From: an uncultured Polyangiaceae bacterium
GTDB lineage: Bacteria; Myxococcota_A; Polyangia; Polyangiales; Polyangiaceae
Assembly: GCA_964531755.1 (NCBI GenBank)
Contig: CAZHGG010000001.1
Span: forward strand, 4,446-42,173
DNA: 37,728 nt
Direction of reading: 5' to 3'
The notes under the pieces were generated by a model. That model was not told the origin of the DNA. It was given only the letters and a program-made list of their open reading frames with translations, and made no database searches. Numbering within the stretch: position 1 is the stretch's first letter; every line of letters begins with the position of its first letter. Below are positions 17,037-27,400 of the stretch, piece after piece. Made by a program: the position numbers and the translations under genes.

Positions 17037-19891
17037 CGGTCTCCTTCTCGTATGTAGACCTTGCCGGCGTCGTTGATCTCGACCCGCACCCGGAATGGCA
17101 ACTTCGGGAAATAGCTCTCGAGCTCGCCGGAGAACCTTCGGACCGCCCGTGGCGACCCCAACATCGTGGGACCCGCAAGCTCGACCTCGGTCACGCGTCC
17201 GTGGGTCTCGATGTGAAGGAACGCTCGGCGAACGCCCTCGTCGCCGATGGCGTCGCCCCACGCGAGCGGCGGCGCCGGGCTGGAGGCGCCCCGCGCCGTG
17301 CTCGCGCTCGCCGTTCCGCTCACGGCGTACCACTGCTCGGGGATGGCGCTCTGCACGTTCTCGATGTTGTCCGGATGGTGGACCTCGAGGCGGACGCGCT
17401 CGTCGGTGTCCCCCTCGAGTCCAAAGAAGACCTCGGTCCACGCCTCACCCACCGGGACTTTGAGGCGGCCCAGCTTGAGCTCGCCCGGACCGGCCAGGTC
17501 CTTGAACACGACGCGGACGGGGTAGCGCGGGTCCCGATCAGGAACGCGCACACCGAGGTCGATGGTCCCAGCGGCGGCGAACCCGAGGCTCGCGGTCGTC
17601 TCCTTGGCGAAGCCGATGCGGAGGCGCAGGCGATGACTGCCCATCACGTCGGGCAGGGGCTCGACCTCGATCGCGTATTCGGAATAACCGCCCTGCTCGG
17701 CACGCTTTCGCGTCACGGTGAGGACCGGGATCACGCGCTCTTGAGGGCTATTCCCTCCGTGAACGAACGAGGCTCCGCTGTTGCCCGTGGCGAACACCGC
17801 CGTGTCCTCCCGGAAGAGCAGGTAACCCGAGATCCCCTCGTAGCCGAGCGACGACACCGACACCGGAAGCATGCCGGGCTCGGCACGGGGGTGCTCGTCG
17901 AGGACGTGGCGGCGCTGCGGATCGGCCTTTCTTCCGAACGGCCGGATCTCGGTGGTCTCGTCTTGTAGGAGGAAGCCGTGGTCCGCGGTGAACACGCAGC
18001 TCTTCACCCCCGCGAGCTGGAGGTGATGCCAAGCGGCCTTGATCTGTCGGAGCGTGGACTCGAACGTGGGCAGTCCGACATTGGCTTCCCCAGCGTCGTC
18101 GATCGCCCGGGAATGCACGACGACCAGCGCGTGCGGCTTCACCTTCCGGATCAGGTCCTCCGTGTGCGCGTCGCAGACCTCCGCGAGCTTGAGGAGCAGC
18201 GCCGGCTTCTGGCTGCTGCGCATTCCCATCGAGCGTGAGCGATCTTCGGGCTTTCGGACCGTGTATTCGCCCGTCTTGAATCCCTGAAAGACGCCATCCA
18301 CGAGGAGCTTGCCGCCCTGCACGACGGGAGCGAGGGCGTTCATTCCCACCGATGTGAGGGTGGGCAGCTCGGCGAGGCGAGGCTTCAGGCTCACGATCGC
18401 GCCGGGGCCTCCCAGCTCCGACGCGAGCTCGGTCGCCATCTCGAAGCGAAACGCGTCGATGAGAAAGACGGCGACCTTCTCCCCCGTTCGCGTCAGAGGA
18501 TGAACGGTCTGCTCGTAGAGAGTCCGCTGTTGCAGCTCGGGCGAAGGCAGGAAGCCGTGGTCCTTGCACAACTGCGAGAAGTCTCTGGCGAGCTGGTCGG
18601 CCCAGGTTCGGTGGGCGCGGCGCAGCTCGCTGGCGACCTCGCGGAGGGCGCTGTAGTGGGGCAGGCGTGACTCGAGGAGCGCGAGTCGCCGTTGCTCGAA
18701 CTTCCTGTGCGCGAAGTCGACCTTGTAGGCTCCGGACGCGTACCGTTCAGCCGCCTCGTCGAGGCTCCGGGCACCGGCGAGGGGGCGTGGGTATTCAGCA
18801 ATCCGCGCTCCGAGATCGGCGGCGTCTCCGACGAGGGTCCACTCCCAGCGCCTCGGCTGCTCCCGCTGAAGCCAGAAGGACTTGCCGCCCTGGCGCGCAT
18901 CGCACCACGCCTTGGCCTTCGCGAACTCGCCCTTGCGGAGCGCGTCGACCGCGCCGGTGAGGACGCGAGTGGCCTCCTTCCGAAACGTGTCGATCTGCCC
19001 AAGATCGTCGGCCGTCATCGTCGAGAGCTCCTCCTCGAGGAACCCTTCGACCTCATTGGCGAGGCGCTCGTAGGCGTCGCCGTGATCGCGGCGAATCTGC
19101 GCGCAGAGATCGCCGCACGCCTTCACCAGGGGGATCGACAGGCTCTTCAACCTTCGGAGGTGTTCGTTGTGCGCCGGGCGGCGGAGATCGTGGACGTACT
19201 CGACGGAGAGGATCCAGCCCCCGAGCTGGTGGAGAATGCGGTCGAGAGGTTTGGCCTTCGCGTCGCCCTGGTAGAACGCCTCCCAGGCGGTGTCCATGCC
19301 GGTGAGTCGGTGAACGTAGCTCGCGAGCGTGGCGATTCCTTCGGGAGTGGCCACGTCCGGTGCGAGGCCGCCCGGATCGGAGAGCGCGTCCGCGAGCATC
19401 CTCGGGCCAAACTCGGAGAGCTTCGCGCCGAGGCCGAAGGTGCTCTGCGACGCCGCGGACACGAGCCACGCGTCCGCGGCCTCGAGCGTCGGCTTCCCTG
19501 CGAGGAACGCGTCGACCTCGGCGGGCGCCATCCGCGCGGTGGCAGCCTCGCGGATCAGGGTGTCGAGCGCCTTCCGAAATCGGAAGCCGGGGGCATAGAG
19601 CTCGAGCAGCGGAGTCTTGCGGATGGACTCCTCGTTGAAGCCCGGCATGTGGACGAGGAGCGGATGTTTGTCGAGGCCGCTGCCGTACGGCTCGAGCTTG
19701 AAGAGCAGCTCCAGGAAGCTCCCGCGGAAGCCCACCACCGGGAACGGCGTCTCGCCGCTCGCCTGCTTGGCCTCCAGGCCGCGCACGAAGGCCGTGTAGT
19801 GGGCGTCTTTGTCGAGCCACACGACGATGCCCTGGCGCCGGATCTCGTCGGCGAGCTCTTGTTCGAGGAGTGTCGAGACGGGGCCGCTCAC
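17033..19891 (-). CDS. pglZ: BREX alkaline-phosphatase-superfamily protein PglZ.
   Basis: A 952-aa protein placed between pglX and brxD. The N-terminus IRRQGIVVWLDKDAHY and the central block VAVFLIDAFRFEM...VVVHSRAIDDAG...FTADHGF are consistent with a PglZ domain. The start is a GTG at 19891, so start confidence is moderate. Confidence 0.85.
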   Translation of the reverse strand: MSGPVSTLLEQELADEIRRQGIVVWLDKDAHYTAFVRGLEAKQASGETPFPVVGFRGSFLELLFKLEPYGSGLDKHPLLVHMPGFNEESIRKTPLLELYAPGFRFRKALDTLIREAATARMAPAEVDAFLAGKPTLEAADAWLVSAASQSTFGLGAKLSEFGPRMLADALSDPGGLAPDVATPEGIATLASYVHRLTGMDTAWEAFYQGDAKAKPLDRILHQLGGWILSVEYVHDLRRPAHNEHLRRLKSLSIPLVKACGDLCAQIRRDHGDAYERLANEVEGFLEEELSTMTADDLGQIDTFRKEATRVLTGAVDALRKGEFAKAKAWCDARQGGKSFWLQREQPRRWEWTLVGDAADLGARIAEYPRPLAGARSLDEAAERYASGAYKVDFAHRKFEQRRLALLESRLPHYSALREVASELRRAHRTWADQLARDFSQLCKDHGFLPSPELQQRTLYEQTVHPLTRTGEKVAVFLIDAFRFEMATELASELGGPGAIVSLKPRLAELPTLTSVGMNALAPVVQGGKLLVDGVFQGFKTGEYTVRKPEDRSRSMGMRSSQKPALLLKLAEVCDAHTEDLIRKVKPHALVVVHSRAIDDAGEANVGLPTFESTLRQIKAAWHHLQLAGVKSCVFTADHGFLLQDETTEIRPFGRKADPQRRHVLDEHPRAEPGMLPVSVSSLGYEGISGYLLFREDTAVFATGNSGASFVHGGNSPQERVIPVLTVTRKRAEQGGYSEYAIEVEPLPDVMGSHRLRLRIGFAKETTASLGFAAAGTIDLGVRVPDRDPRYPVRVVFKDLAGPGELKLGRLKVPVGEAWTEVFFGLEGDTDERVRLEVHHPDNIENVQSAIPEQWYAVSGTASASTARGASSPAPPLAWGDAIGDEGVRRAFLHIETHGRVTEVELAGPTMLGSPRAVRRFSGELESYFPKLPFRVRVEINDAGKVYIREGDR

Positions 19892-19984
19892 GAGGGGATC
19901 CTACTCTTGCCTTCAGGCATCTTCGAGCTCACGGAGAGGGGAATCGAGCACCGAGCCACCCGCGTGGCGTGACGGCTTCCGAGA

Positions 19985-22900
19985 TCAGGCATCGGCGCCC
20001 TCGCCCTCGTCGTCCGAAGCCTCCCCGTCGAACAGCGGGCCGGCACCTGCGTCGTCTCCCTCATTCTCGGCGTCGGCCTTGGCGTTCTTCTTCTCGCGCC
20101 GCTTCATCTCCTTCGCGAGCGCCTCCTGCGCCTCTTCGGCGTGCTCCGCCAAGAACCGCGCGCGGGCCTCGTCGGAGCCGGGCTCGTCGATCGTGAAGTC
20201 GGGACGAATCTCGTCTTTCAGGCGCAGCTCCCACGCGTACGCCTTCGCGGGATGAAGCTCCCAGAAGCACCCGTGGGCGACGGCGAGCGAGGGGTCTTCA
20301 TGGCACTTCGCGCGCACGCGCGTGGGGAAGTAGCGCGCGGCCAGATGGGACCAGTCGTAGTCCTTCTTCGCCCCTCCACCTGCGGGCGCGTTCGCGAGCT
20401 CTTTCCACCACTTCTTGGGGTCTTTCCACTGCGGCTCGAGGAGCGGCCAGAGGGCGGCGCTGTTGACCATCACGCCGTCGTCGAGGTCCATGGCGAAGCG
20501 CGCGTCGCGCTCGCGGGGTTGGGTCTTGTCGTCCGACGGAGGAGCGCCCTTCTCGGCCAGCTCGGTGACCTTGGCGATGAAGTCGCCGAGCTCTTCGGTG
20601 AGCTTCTGCACCTCGGTGAAGCGCTTCTCGGCCTTGCTCTTCGCGGCGCCCGTGGCGTTGCTGGCGGCGCGCGCTGTGCGCAAGTCGTCGAGCTCGCCCT
20701 CGAGGCGGCGCTTCGCGGGCATCAGGTGATCGGCGAGCAGCACGTTGAGTGTGTCGTCGGCCCATCGGTGGATGGAGACGAGCGCCACGAAGGATCGCTT
20801 CGAGGACGAGAGCGGGAAGTAGATGGGGCGGTTTTCGTAGAGCTTCTTGTGGAAATCGAAGAACGATTTGCGGAGGTAGGTGCGGAGGGAGTCCCCTTGG
20901 CCGACGTGGGCTCCGTGCCCTTTCCAGGCTTCGAGGAGCGGGGCGCAGGCGGGGAGATCGAGCGAGTCGGGGCCTTCAGGGGAGACGAAGAGGAGCGGCA
21001 CGCCCGAAGGAGGGCCCTCCAAAGGGAACCGCCCAAGCGCCAAGCCGACCGCGAAAGACACATGGTCCTCGGGCCGCGCAGTCTCGTAGACAGGCTCGTA
21101 GGGAGGGAGCGGGGCCCCCTCGGGGCGGTCCACGGCGAGCTGGGCCCAGGCCTGGGCGTAGGTCCACGCGGAGGGGCCGGGGGAGAGGAATTCCACGGAG
21201 GGCTCGCGGTGAGATTCGTGCTCGGAGAAACTCGTGTCGAGTGTGGAGAAAATGGTCTCCGTCTTCGACAAGGGAAACAGCGGCAGGCGTGCGACGTCAG
21301 AAAGCTCAAAGTGAACCGACGGATTGAAGTCCGACAAGAGTCGGCGAGCTCGTAAGCTGTTGAGTACGCACACCACGTAGTGACTCGCGGCACCGGCAAA
21401 CACCGTCGACCCCACATTTGAAAACACGCTGGGATATCGGTGGGATCTTGCGGAGAATGTCGCGCCCGTGGTGCAGAACGCTATCCCAGGTTCGAAGTAC
21501 TTGGATTCGCTCGGAATGTACTTCGATATTGAACGGTAGGCATGCTCGTGTCGGACTTTCATCTCCAGTCCCGTTGCATGCCACCTGAGCACGACCGTGA
21601 GTGGCTCAATCCACTCGCGACCCTTGGCGCCCGTAATGAAGGCTACCCATCCGTCGCGCTGCGCGGTCTTCGGCGCGAAAACGGGCACTTCCCACGCCAT
21701 TCGGACGTAGCGAGGGTTGTCCTGCGTCGCCATGCCAGCACGACCCGAGTATTTGCTACCGAAGCTAGGCAACTCACGGTACTCGGCAAGAAATTCCCGC
21801 GACCACCAATAAACAACCGGCTCCCCCTCGATGACCCCAAACCCCCGCGGGTCGAACTCGAACCGCCCCACCTGAGCCAACACCGCCGCCCGCTTCCTCC
21901 CGGTCCGCGCGCGATCGTACGATCGGTCGTCCAACGGTGTCGGCTGCGTCGCGACGCTCGGCACACCGGGATGGGGAGCCCGCCGGAACACTGGGACGGA
22001 TACAGCGAGAACCTCATTGGGAACTTCATCGAAGGCGCCTCGATCGAAGTCGCCGATGGACCGGAGGTCGTACGTCTCCAGGAGACGTTTCCGCAGCTCC
22101 GCAAACTGCCCCAAGAACATCCACCCCCGCATCGTCACCAGCGCCGAGATCCCGCCCTCCCGCACGAACTCGAGCCCCCGCTCCAAGAAGGCGGCATACA
22201 AATCCGCCTTCCCCCGCGGATAGTGCGTCGCCACATACCCGAACGCCCCCGAGGCCTTGGTGAGCCCCTGGTACGGCGGATTCCCCACGACCACGTCGTA
22301 CGCGCCCTCCTTCGCGAGCCGCACGAAGCGCACCCCGGCGGCGAGCTGCTCTCCGTCGAGCCGGAGGCCCAGGTCCTCCGAGCGCGAGTGCCCGGCGAGG
22401 AACACCTCGAGCTTGTCGAGCACTGTGGCCTTGGCCTCTTCGGCAGTCATCTTCACCGCCTCGGTGGCGAAGCCCCCGAAGAGGTCCCCCTGGCCGTGCG
22501 CGCGGAGGAGCTCCACCTCGACGTCTCGAATGGCGCCCTCCACCGCGGCGTCCACCTTGAGCAGCGAGCCGAGGTAGTCCACGCCCGCGAGCGACGTGAG
22601 GAGCTTCTGCGTGAGCTCCTCCGGAATGCCCACTTCGCGCTTCAAGTCACGCCGCAGCGCCGAGACCGCCGGATCGTCGGCCGGGAGATTCCCGAGCTGA
22701 AGCACCGGCGCCACGAGGTTCACGCGCTTGGGCCGGCAGCCCTTGGCGAGCGACTTGGCCTTCAGAAAGAGGCCCGCCGCGGCGATCTGGATGGCCCGAG
22801 GGTCGATGTCGAGCCCATGAAGGTTGTTCTCGAGGATCGACTCGGCGATGGCCTTGTCGGTGAGGTCGGCGCCGAGGTGCCGCGCCTCCTCCCGGTACAT

Positions 22901-24094
22901 CGCCACGAGCAGATCGAACGCAATCACCAAGAAGTGCCCGCTCCCACACGCGGGGTCGAGCAGCTTGATGTCGCGCACCGACCGAGGCGCCCGCGCCACC
23001 GCGTCGTCGGGGATGGCCTGGGGTACGTAATATTTCCAGTGCTCCTCGAGCTCGCCCTCGAGCGGCATCAGCGCGTCGAGCGGCATCTCCCCCGCCTCGC
23101 GCTTCGCTCGCCACTCGGCACGACGCGCGTCGAGCAGGGGCAACACACGCTCGGCGTCCGCGGTCCACCCGTGCTTCTTGCACATGGCCAGCCACGTGAG
23201 GCCGAGGCTGTTCTGGAGGAGCCACTCCACCATGTACCGCTCGGTGAACATCTGCGTCTTCGAGGCGATTTCGTGCGGCTCGATCTTGCCGCCCCCGGCG
23301 ATCTTGTCGTCCAGCGCCTCGCGGTCCGGATCGTTCCAATACTGGTAGACCCAGCCGAGGGTCGTCTCGTCCTGCCAGGCGCTCTCGAGCCCGGGGTCGT
23401 CCAGGCGCTCGACCACCTCGCGCAGCGTGGCCGCGGGAATGCCGAAGAGCCGCGTGAGCCCCACGTCGCCGAAGAGGCCCGGCAGGTCCACTGCCAGCTC
23501 GTCGAACACGAGCTGGAGCAGCACCGCGTAACCCTCGGTCTCGTCGTTCGTTCCCCCGCCGCAGAGGGCCGGCGCGAACTCGCGAAGCTCGCGGTAGCCT
23601 TTGCTGTTCCAGCCGCCGGTGAGCACAGCGGGCTTGGAGAGCCCGAGGGCCTCGAGCTGGCGCAGGAGCACGAGCCGGTTCAGCAGGGTCGCCGCCGCTT
23701 CTTTCTCGGCCTGCGCGAGGAGACGCTCCTTGATGGCCAAGAGCTCGCTCGGGCGAACGGGGGCGCCGGCCTTGGCGGGCTTGGCCGACTTGCCGGCCTT
23801 GGCGGGCTTGACGGAGGCCGAGGAGGCCGAGGGGGTGGGAGCACCGAAGCCGGCCCGCGCCCGCGCGTCCAGAGTGGCCTCGATGCGCAGGCGTCGCTCT
23901 CGGTGCGCCTCGTCGAGGCCTGCCTTCTCGAGGGGAACCGAGAGCCGGTAGCGCCGATCGGCCTCGTCGTGAATGGCACGCAGAAGCCGCGCGCGGAGTC
24001 CCTTGTTCGCGCTGTCGTGCGACGAGGTGCCGCGGATAGTCTCGGCGAGGAGCTTCTTGGCTTCTGGGGTGAGGCGAGGGAGGTCGTTCACCAT
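19985..24094 (-). CDS. pglX: BREX adenine-specific DNA methyltransferase PglX.
   Basis: Motif I is LLDPACGSGHFLV and motif IV is VVGNPPYQG. Size is about 1369 aa. The ATG at 24094 (MVNDLPRLTPEAKK) overlaps the stop of the upstream small ORF by 1 nt (TGATG). The 77 further upstream codons in the track are Arg/Gly-rich and I reject them. Confidence 0.92.
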   Translation of the reverse strand: MVNDLPRLTPEAKKLLAETIRGTSSHDSANKGLRARLLRAIHDEADRRYRLSVPLEKAGLDEAHRERRLRIEATLDARARAGFGAPTPSASSASVKPAKAGKSAKPAKAGAPVRPSELLAIKERLLAQAEKEAAATLLNRLVLLRQLEALGLSKPAVLTGGWNSKGYRELREFAPALCGGGTNDETEGYAVLLQLVFDELAVDLPGLFGDVGLTRLFGIPAATLREVVERLDDPGLESAWQDETTLGWVYQYWNDPDREALDDKIAGGGKIEPHEIASKTQMFTERYMVEWLLQNSLGLTWLAMCKKHGWTADAERVLPLLDARRAEWRAKREAGEMPLDALMPLEGELEEHWKYYVPQAIPDDAVARAPRSVRDIKLLDPACGSGHFLVIAFDLLVAMYREEARHLGADLTDKAIAESILENNLHGLDIDPRAIQIAAAGLFLKAKSLAKGCRPKRVNLVAPVLQLGNLPADDPAVSALRRDLKREVGIPEELTQKLLTSLAGVDYLGSLLKVDAAVEGAIRDVEVELLRAHGQGDLFGGFATEAVKMTAEEAKATVLDKLEVFLAGHSRSEDLGLRLDGEQLAAGVRFVRLAKEGAYDVVVGNPPYQGLTKASGAFGYVATHYPRGKADLYAAFLERGLEFVREGGISALVTMRGWMFLGQFAELRKRLLETYDLRSIGDFDRGAFDEVPNEVLAVSVPVFRRAPHPGVPSVATQPTPLDDRSYDRARTGRKRAAVLAQVGRFEFDPRGFGVIEGEPVVYWWSREFLAEYRELPSFGSKYSGRAGMATQDNPRYVRMAWEVPVFAPKTAQRDGWVAFITGAKGREWIEPLTVVLRWHATGLEMKVRHEHAYRSISKYIPSESKYFEPGIAFCTTGATFSARSHRYPSVFSNVGSTVFAGAASHYVVCVLNSLRARRLLSDFNPSVHFELSDVARLPLFPLSKTETIFSTLDTSFSEHESHREPSVEFLSPGPSAWTYAQAWAQLAVDRPEGAPLPPYEPVYETARPEDHVSFAVGLALGRFPLEGPPSGVPLLFVSPEGPDSLDLPACAPLLEAWKGHGAHVGQGDSLRTYLRKSFFDFHKKLYENRPIYFPLSSSKRSFVALVSIHRWADDTLNVLLADHLMPAKRRLEGELDDLRTARAASNATGAAKSKAEKRFTEVQKLTEELGDFIAKVTELAEKGAPPSDDKTQPRERDARFAMDLDDGVMVNSAALWPLLEPQWKDPKKWWKELANAPAGGGAKKDYDWSHLAARYFPTRVRAKCHEDPSLAVAHGCFWELHPAKAYAWELRLKDEIRPDFTIDEPGSDEARARFLAEHAEEAQEALAKEMKRREKKNAKADAENEGDDAGAGPLFDGEASDDEGEGADA

Positions 24095-24357
24095 CAGCGA
24101 CGCTCGCTCGCGAGTGCGCCGCCCACGGCCTCGGTGCCGGGAACGGGGGGAATGAGCGAAGCCTGGAGCTTCGCGAGCTGCGCGGAACGCTCCACGGTGA
24201 AATACATCTCTCGACACGACGTACACGTCGGAACCGCGAAGGAGTCCGGGATCGGGAGAAACATCCCACGGCGGTATTCGGCCGCTCGGCCTGGCCCGGA
24301 GGTAAGACCCACCTCGGCTCCACACTCGGCGCAGCGAAACGGCTGAAAGTCACTCAT
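24094..24357 (-). CDS. Small (87 aa) four-Cys zinc-ribbon protein between brxC and pglX. It is not a canonical BREX gene.
   Basis: MSDFQPFRCAECGAEVG...AVPTCTSCREMYF gives a CxxC...CxxC arrangement. The stop overlaps the pglX ATG. An alternative GTG start at 24462 would overlap the brxC stop (GTGA), but it adds an Arg-rich, low-complexity 35 aa. Confidence 0.55.
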   Translation of the reverse strand: MSDFQPFRCAECGAEVGLTSGPGRAAEYRRGMFLPIPDSFAVPTCTSCREMYFTVERSAQLAKLQASLIPPVPGTEAVGGALASERR

Positions 24358-24458
24358 GTTGATGTGTTCCACAGTGTTCGTCGGTCGGCGAGGTCCGCGG
24401 GTGCCGAGCAAGAGAGCACGACGGTCGCGGTGATGCCGCCTTGAAGGGTCCAGCTCAC

Positions 24459-27400
24459 TCACGTCAGCCTCACGCGCCCGCCCCGGTCCAGTGTCGGGCC
24501 GATCCGCTCTTCCAGCTCCACCAGCACCGCCTTCAATTCGGCCCGGCTCGCGATCTCCCGGCCTCGCAGGCGGGTCTCGACCTTCACCACCGGCACCACC
24601 GGGCTCGGCGAGGCGCCCGCTGGCTTGGCCTTCCGGGCGAGCTCGTCGTCCAGGCGGTCGTTCGCCAGGTCCTCCGCCTGGTGAAGGCGGCTCGCGAAGC
24701 GGTCCCGCAGCTCGACCAGCGTGGGAGAGATGGCCTCGGCCGAAGTGTCCACCAGGCTCTCGGCGATCGGGCGGAGCACCCGATGGACCGCGTCCGCGTC
24801 GAGCTCGGCGAACCCCGCGCGTGTCTTCACGCGCGCTGTCACAGCGTCGGCGTCGAGGTTCTGCCGGTTGAGGAGCGCCCCTCGGACCTCGACGTAGCGC
24901 GCGCGGATCCGCGCAGACGCCGGCCCGAGCGGCGCGACGTCACGCCAGGGCCGCTCGGTCTCGAGGTGAGCGCACACGAGCTCGGCGTCGGTCTCGAGCC
25001 CCGCGAGCTCCTCCATCGCCCGGAGCTGCGAGAGCGCGTGGTCGCGGGTCTGCGCGGCCTCGTTCACCGTGTCGATCGCCTCCGGGGTGAGCTCGGCGCT
25101 GCACACCCCGAGCTGCTCGAAGCCATCCCGCAGGACGTCGAGGTTTCGCTTCACGGCGACCACGGTCTTCTGGACGAGCCGTGAGCGGTAGCTGTCTTCG
25201 AGGGCCCGATCGAGCTTCTGGAGCGCCTTCGGAAGCGCGGGGCGCCCTGGGAGCTGGTTCATGCGTCGCTCGAGATCGCGGAGGCGCTCGCGAGTGGGCA
25301 CGAAGTGAAGGAACACGGTGTCCGCGATGGCCTCGTCGTCCGGCTCGAGGTCGACCTGAAGCATGCTCTGGAAGAGTCGACGAATGGCGATCCTGTCCCG
25401 CCCGGTGACCTCGCCCTCCATGGCCGGGAACAGCTCCGCGCGACGGAAATCGCGATCTTTGGTGAAGAGATCGCGCACGCCCGGGTCTTGATGGGAGGTG
25501 ATGTCGTCGCCTTGCTCGGGACGAATGCGCACCTTCTTTCCGCGGAGGAGCCCCGCGCAGCACGCCTTCACGAGATCGGGCGCGTAGCCATAAGGCGGGC
25601 TCACGAACATGGCCACGAGAGCCTGCCCGGAGAGGCCGCCGTTCTTCTCGATCTCCTGGGCAATTCGCGTCGGGAAGAGGCCCGTGCAGGACGCGACGTA
25701 TTTGCCTGCGTCGAGCGCGAGGAGCCCAAGCCCCCCGTCCATGAACTTCGTGGATGGCCCCGTCAGCTCCCTCTCGAGGAGCTGCCCGAGCTCGGCGGGC
25801 GAGACCGCGATCTCGGAGAAGTGCGGGTAGAGATCGGGCAAGATGCGCGTGACCATGGTGCCGAGCGCGGTGCTGAACGCGCTCCCCGCGTCGCGCGGGC
25901 GGAGCTGCTGACCGCGAAAATACGCCGTGCCCTCCAGGAAGGACTCCGCCACAGCCGCACGCACGCGCGCCGAGAGCTCGTCGAAGCGAGCCTCTTCCTC
26001 GATCAAGAGGCGCTGCTTCTCTCGTGAGAGCGACGCACGGCGCGACGTGTACCGCTCGATGAGCTTCTCCGAGCGCGCGAGCTGCCTGGCGTGGTCCTCG
26101 ATCGCGCCCGACTCGCCGACCACCCACACGAGGCGATTGCGGTAGAGTTCCTGATCGCTCTTCGGGACCCACGCCGCGGCGGTGCGGTCCTCTTTCCTGG
26201 CGAGAAAGCGAAAGTCGACCGCGGCCGTCGAGTCCTCGCGGGCGTCCTGGAGCTTCACGTCGTGGGCCTGGCGCCCGTCGGAGAACCAGAGCGTCCACGG
26301 GAACGTACGGCCCTTCCACCGTGGCCGCTCCTGGCTCGAGCCCACGAGGTTCTTCAGGGCATCTTGGGTAATCTTGCTGATCTGCTCCTGGGTGACGCCG
26401 ACATCGTCGCGCTCTCGTTGCCACTCCTGCCCCGCCGAGCTCTGGATCTTGTACCCGTGCTTCTCGGAGTACGAGAGAAGGCTCTGCGAGCGGAGCTTCT
26501 CGAGCGCCTCGGTCACCGCTTGCACGCGGTTGCCTTCGCCGAGTCGTGAGTAGAGGCACGCCGCCACGAGCGCGGGCATCGTGGGCACTTGCTCCTGAAT
26601 GAGCTCGAGCAGGGCCACGGCTTTTCCCACGCGGATGGCGAACGCGTCGTCGCGAACCTTCGGATCGGCGAAGATGCGCGAGAGGGTGGTCTGAACGTCG
26701 GCGTCCAGCGCCGAGTGCTGGACCTCGAAGATCGCGTCGATCGTGACGAGCGCGCCCACCTCCCCGTTCGCCAGCTTCTGCTCTCGAAAGAGCTCGCCAA
26801 GGAGCTGAAGGAGGCCGCGGATCGCGTGGTCGTCGCCCTGCATGCGGTTCGATCGCGTGCGGAGGTTCGACGTGACTTGCATGAGGAGATCGATGTGCCC
26901 CGGGAGCATCGGATAGACCTCGACGAAGTCCTCCTCGGTGATGTCCTCGCACTGGTACCCGTAGAGCTTCAGATCGCCGCGGTGCTTCTGGAAAAGATCG
27001 CGGAGAGTGCCCTCGAGCTCGGGTTTCTTCTTGAGGAGACGCTTGTGGACGACGTCGCGGATGTTGGTCGTCCCGAGGTGAACGCGAAGGTGCGTGGGGA
27101 AGCGGTCCTTCAGCTTGCCTAGATTGTTGTTCTCGGCCTGGTCCTCGAGCTTCTGCTGACCGGTCGCGAAGAGCCACACCCGCCCCTTGAGGCGCTGCCC
27201 GAGCTCGGAGACGAACGACTGGAGCTTGAGCATCCGGCCCTCGTCTTGGTGAACGTATTGGCTCACCTCGTCGACGACGATGAAGAGGCTCCGGTTCTCC
27301 TCCCGGGTGTGAATCATGGCGTCGATGGCCTCGACCACCTCACGCACGCCGGTGCCTGCCCCGGTGCGCGAACCGGCGCGGCTGTCGATCCAGCTCATGG

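Noticed and set aside
17037-17441. The N-terminal 135 codons of the 591-aa track ORF containing brxD.
   Set aside because: This stretch overlaps the 3' end of pglZ in another frame and is extremely Arg/Gly/Pro-rich. The ATG at 17036 gives the conserved BrxD N-terminus and an ATGA overlap with the pglZ stop.
19892-19984. A small hairpin (gccac-ccgc-gtggc) in the pglX-pglZ spacer, considered as a regulatory element.
   Set aside because: The stem is only 5 bp in 70% GC DNA, which is expected by chance.
24095-24325. The N-terminal 77 codons of the 1446-aa track ORF containing pglX.
   Set aside because: The region is Arg/Gly-rich and overlaps the Zn-ribbon ORF. The ATG at 24094 is coupled to that ORF's stop and begins a normal-looking N-terminus.
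21542-24346. A 934-aa plus-strand ORF, together with the 568-aa minus-strand off-frame ORF at 22647..24353.
   Set aside because: The first is antisense to pglX and the second is off-frame within it. pglX has unambiguous methyltransferase motifs. Both translations are Arg/Pro/Gly/His-rich with no motifs, which is typical of high-GC shadow ORFs.
24940-27177. A 745-aa minus-strand ORF inside brxC.
   Set aside because: It is on the same strand as brxC but in another frame. The translation is almost pure Arg/Pro/Gly/Ala, while the brxC frame carries Walker A and B.
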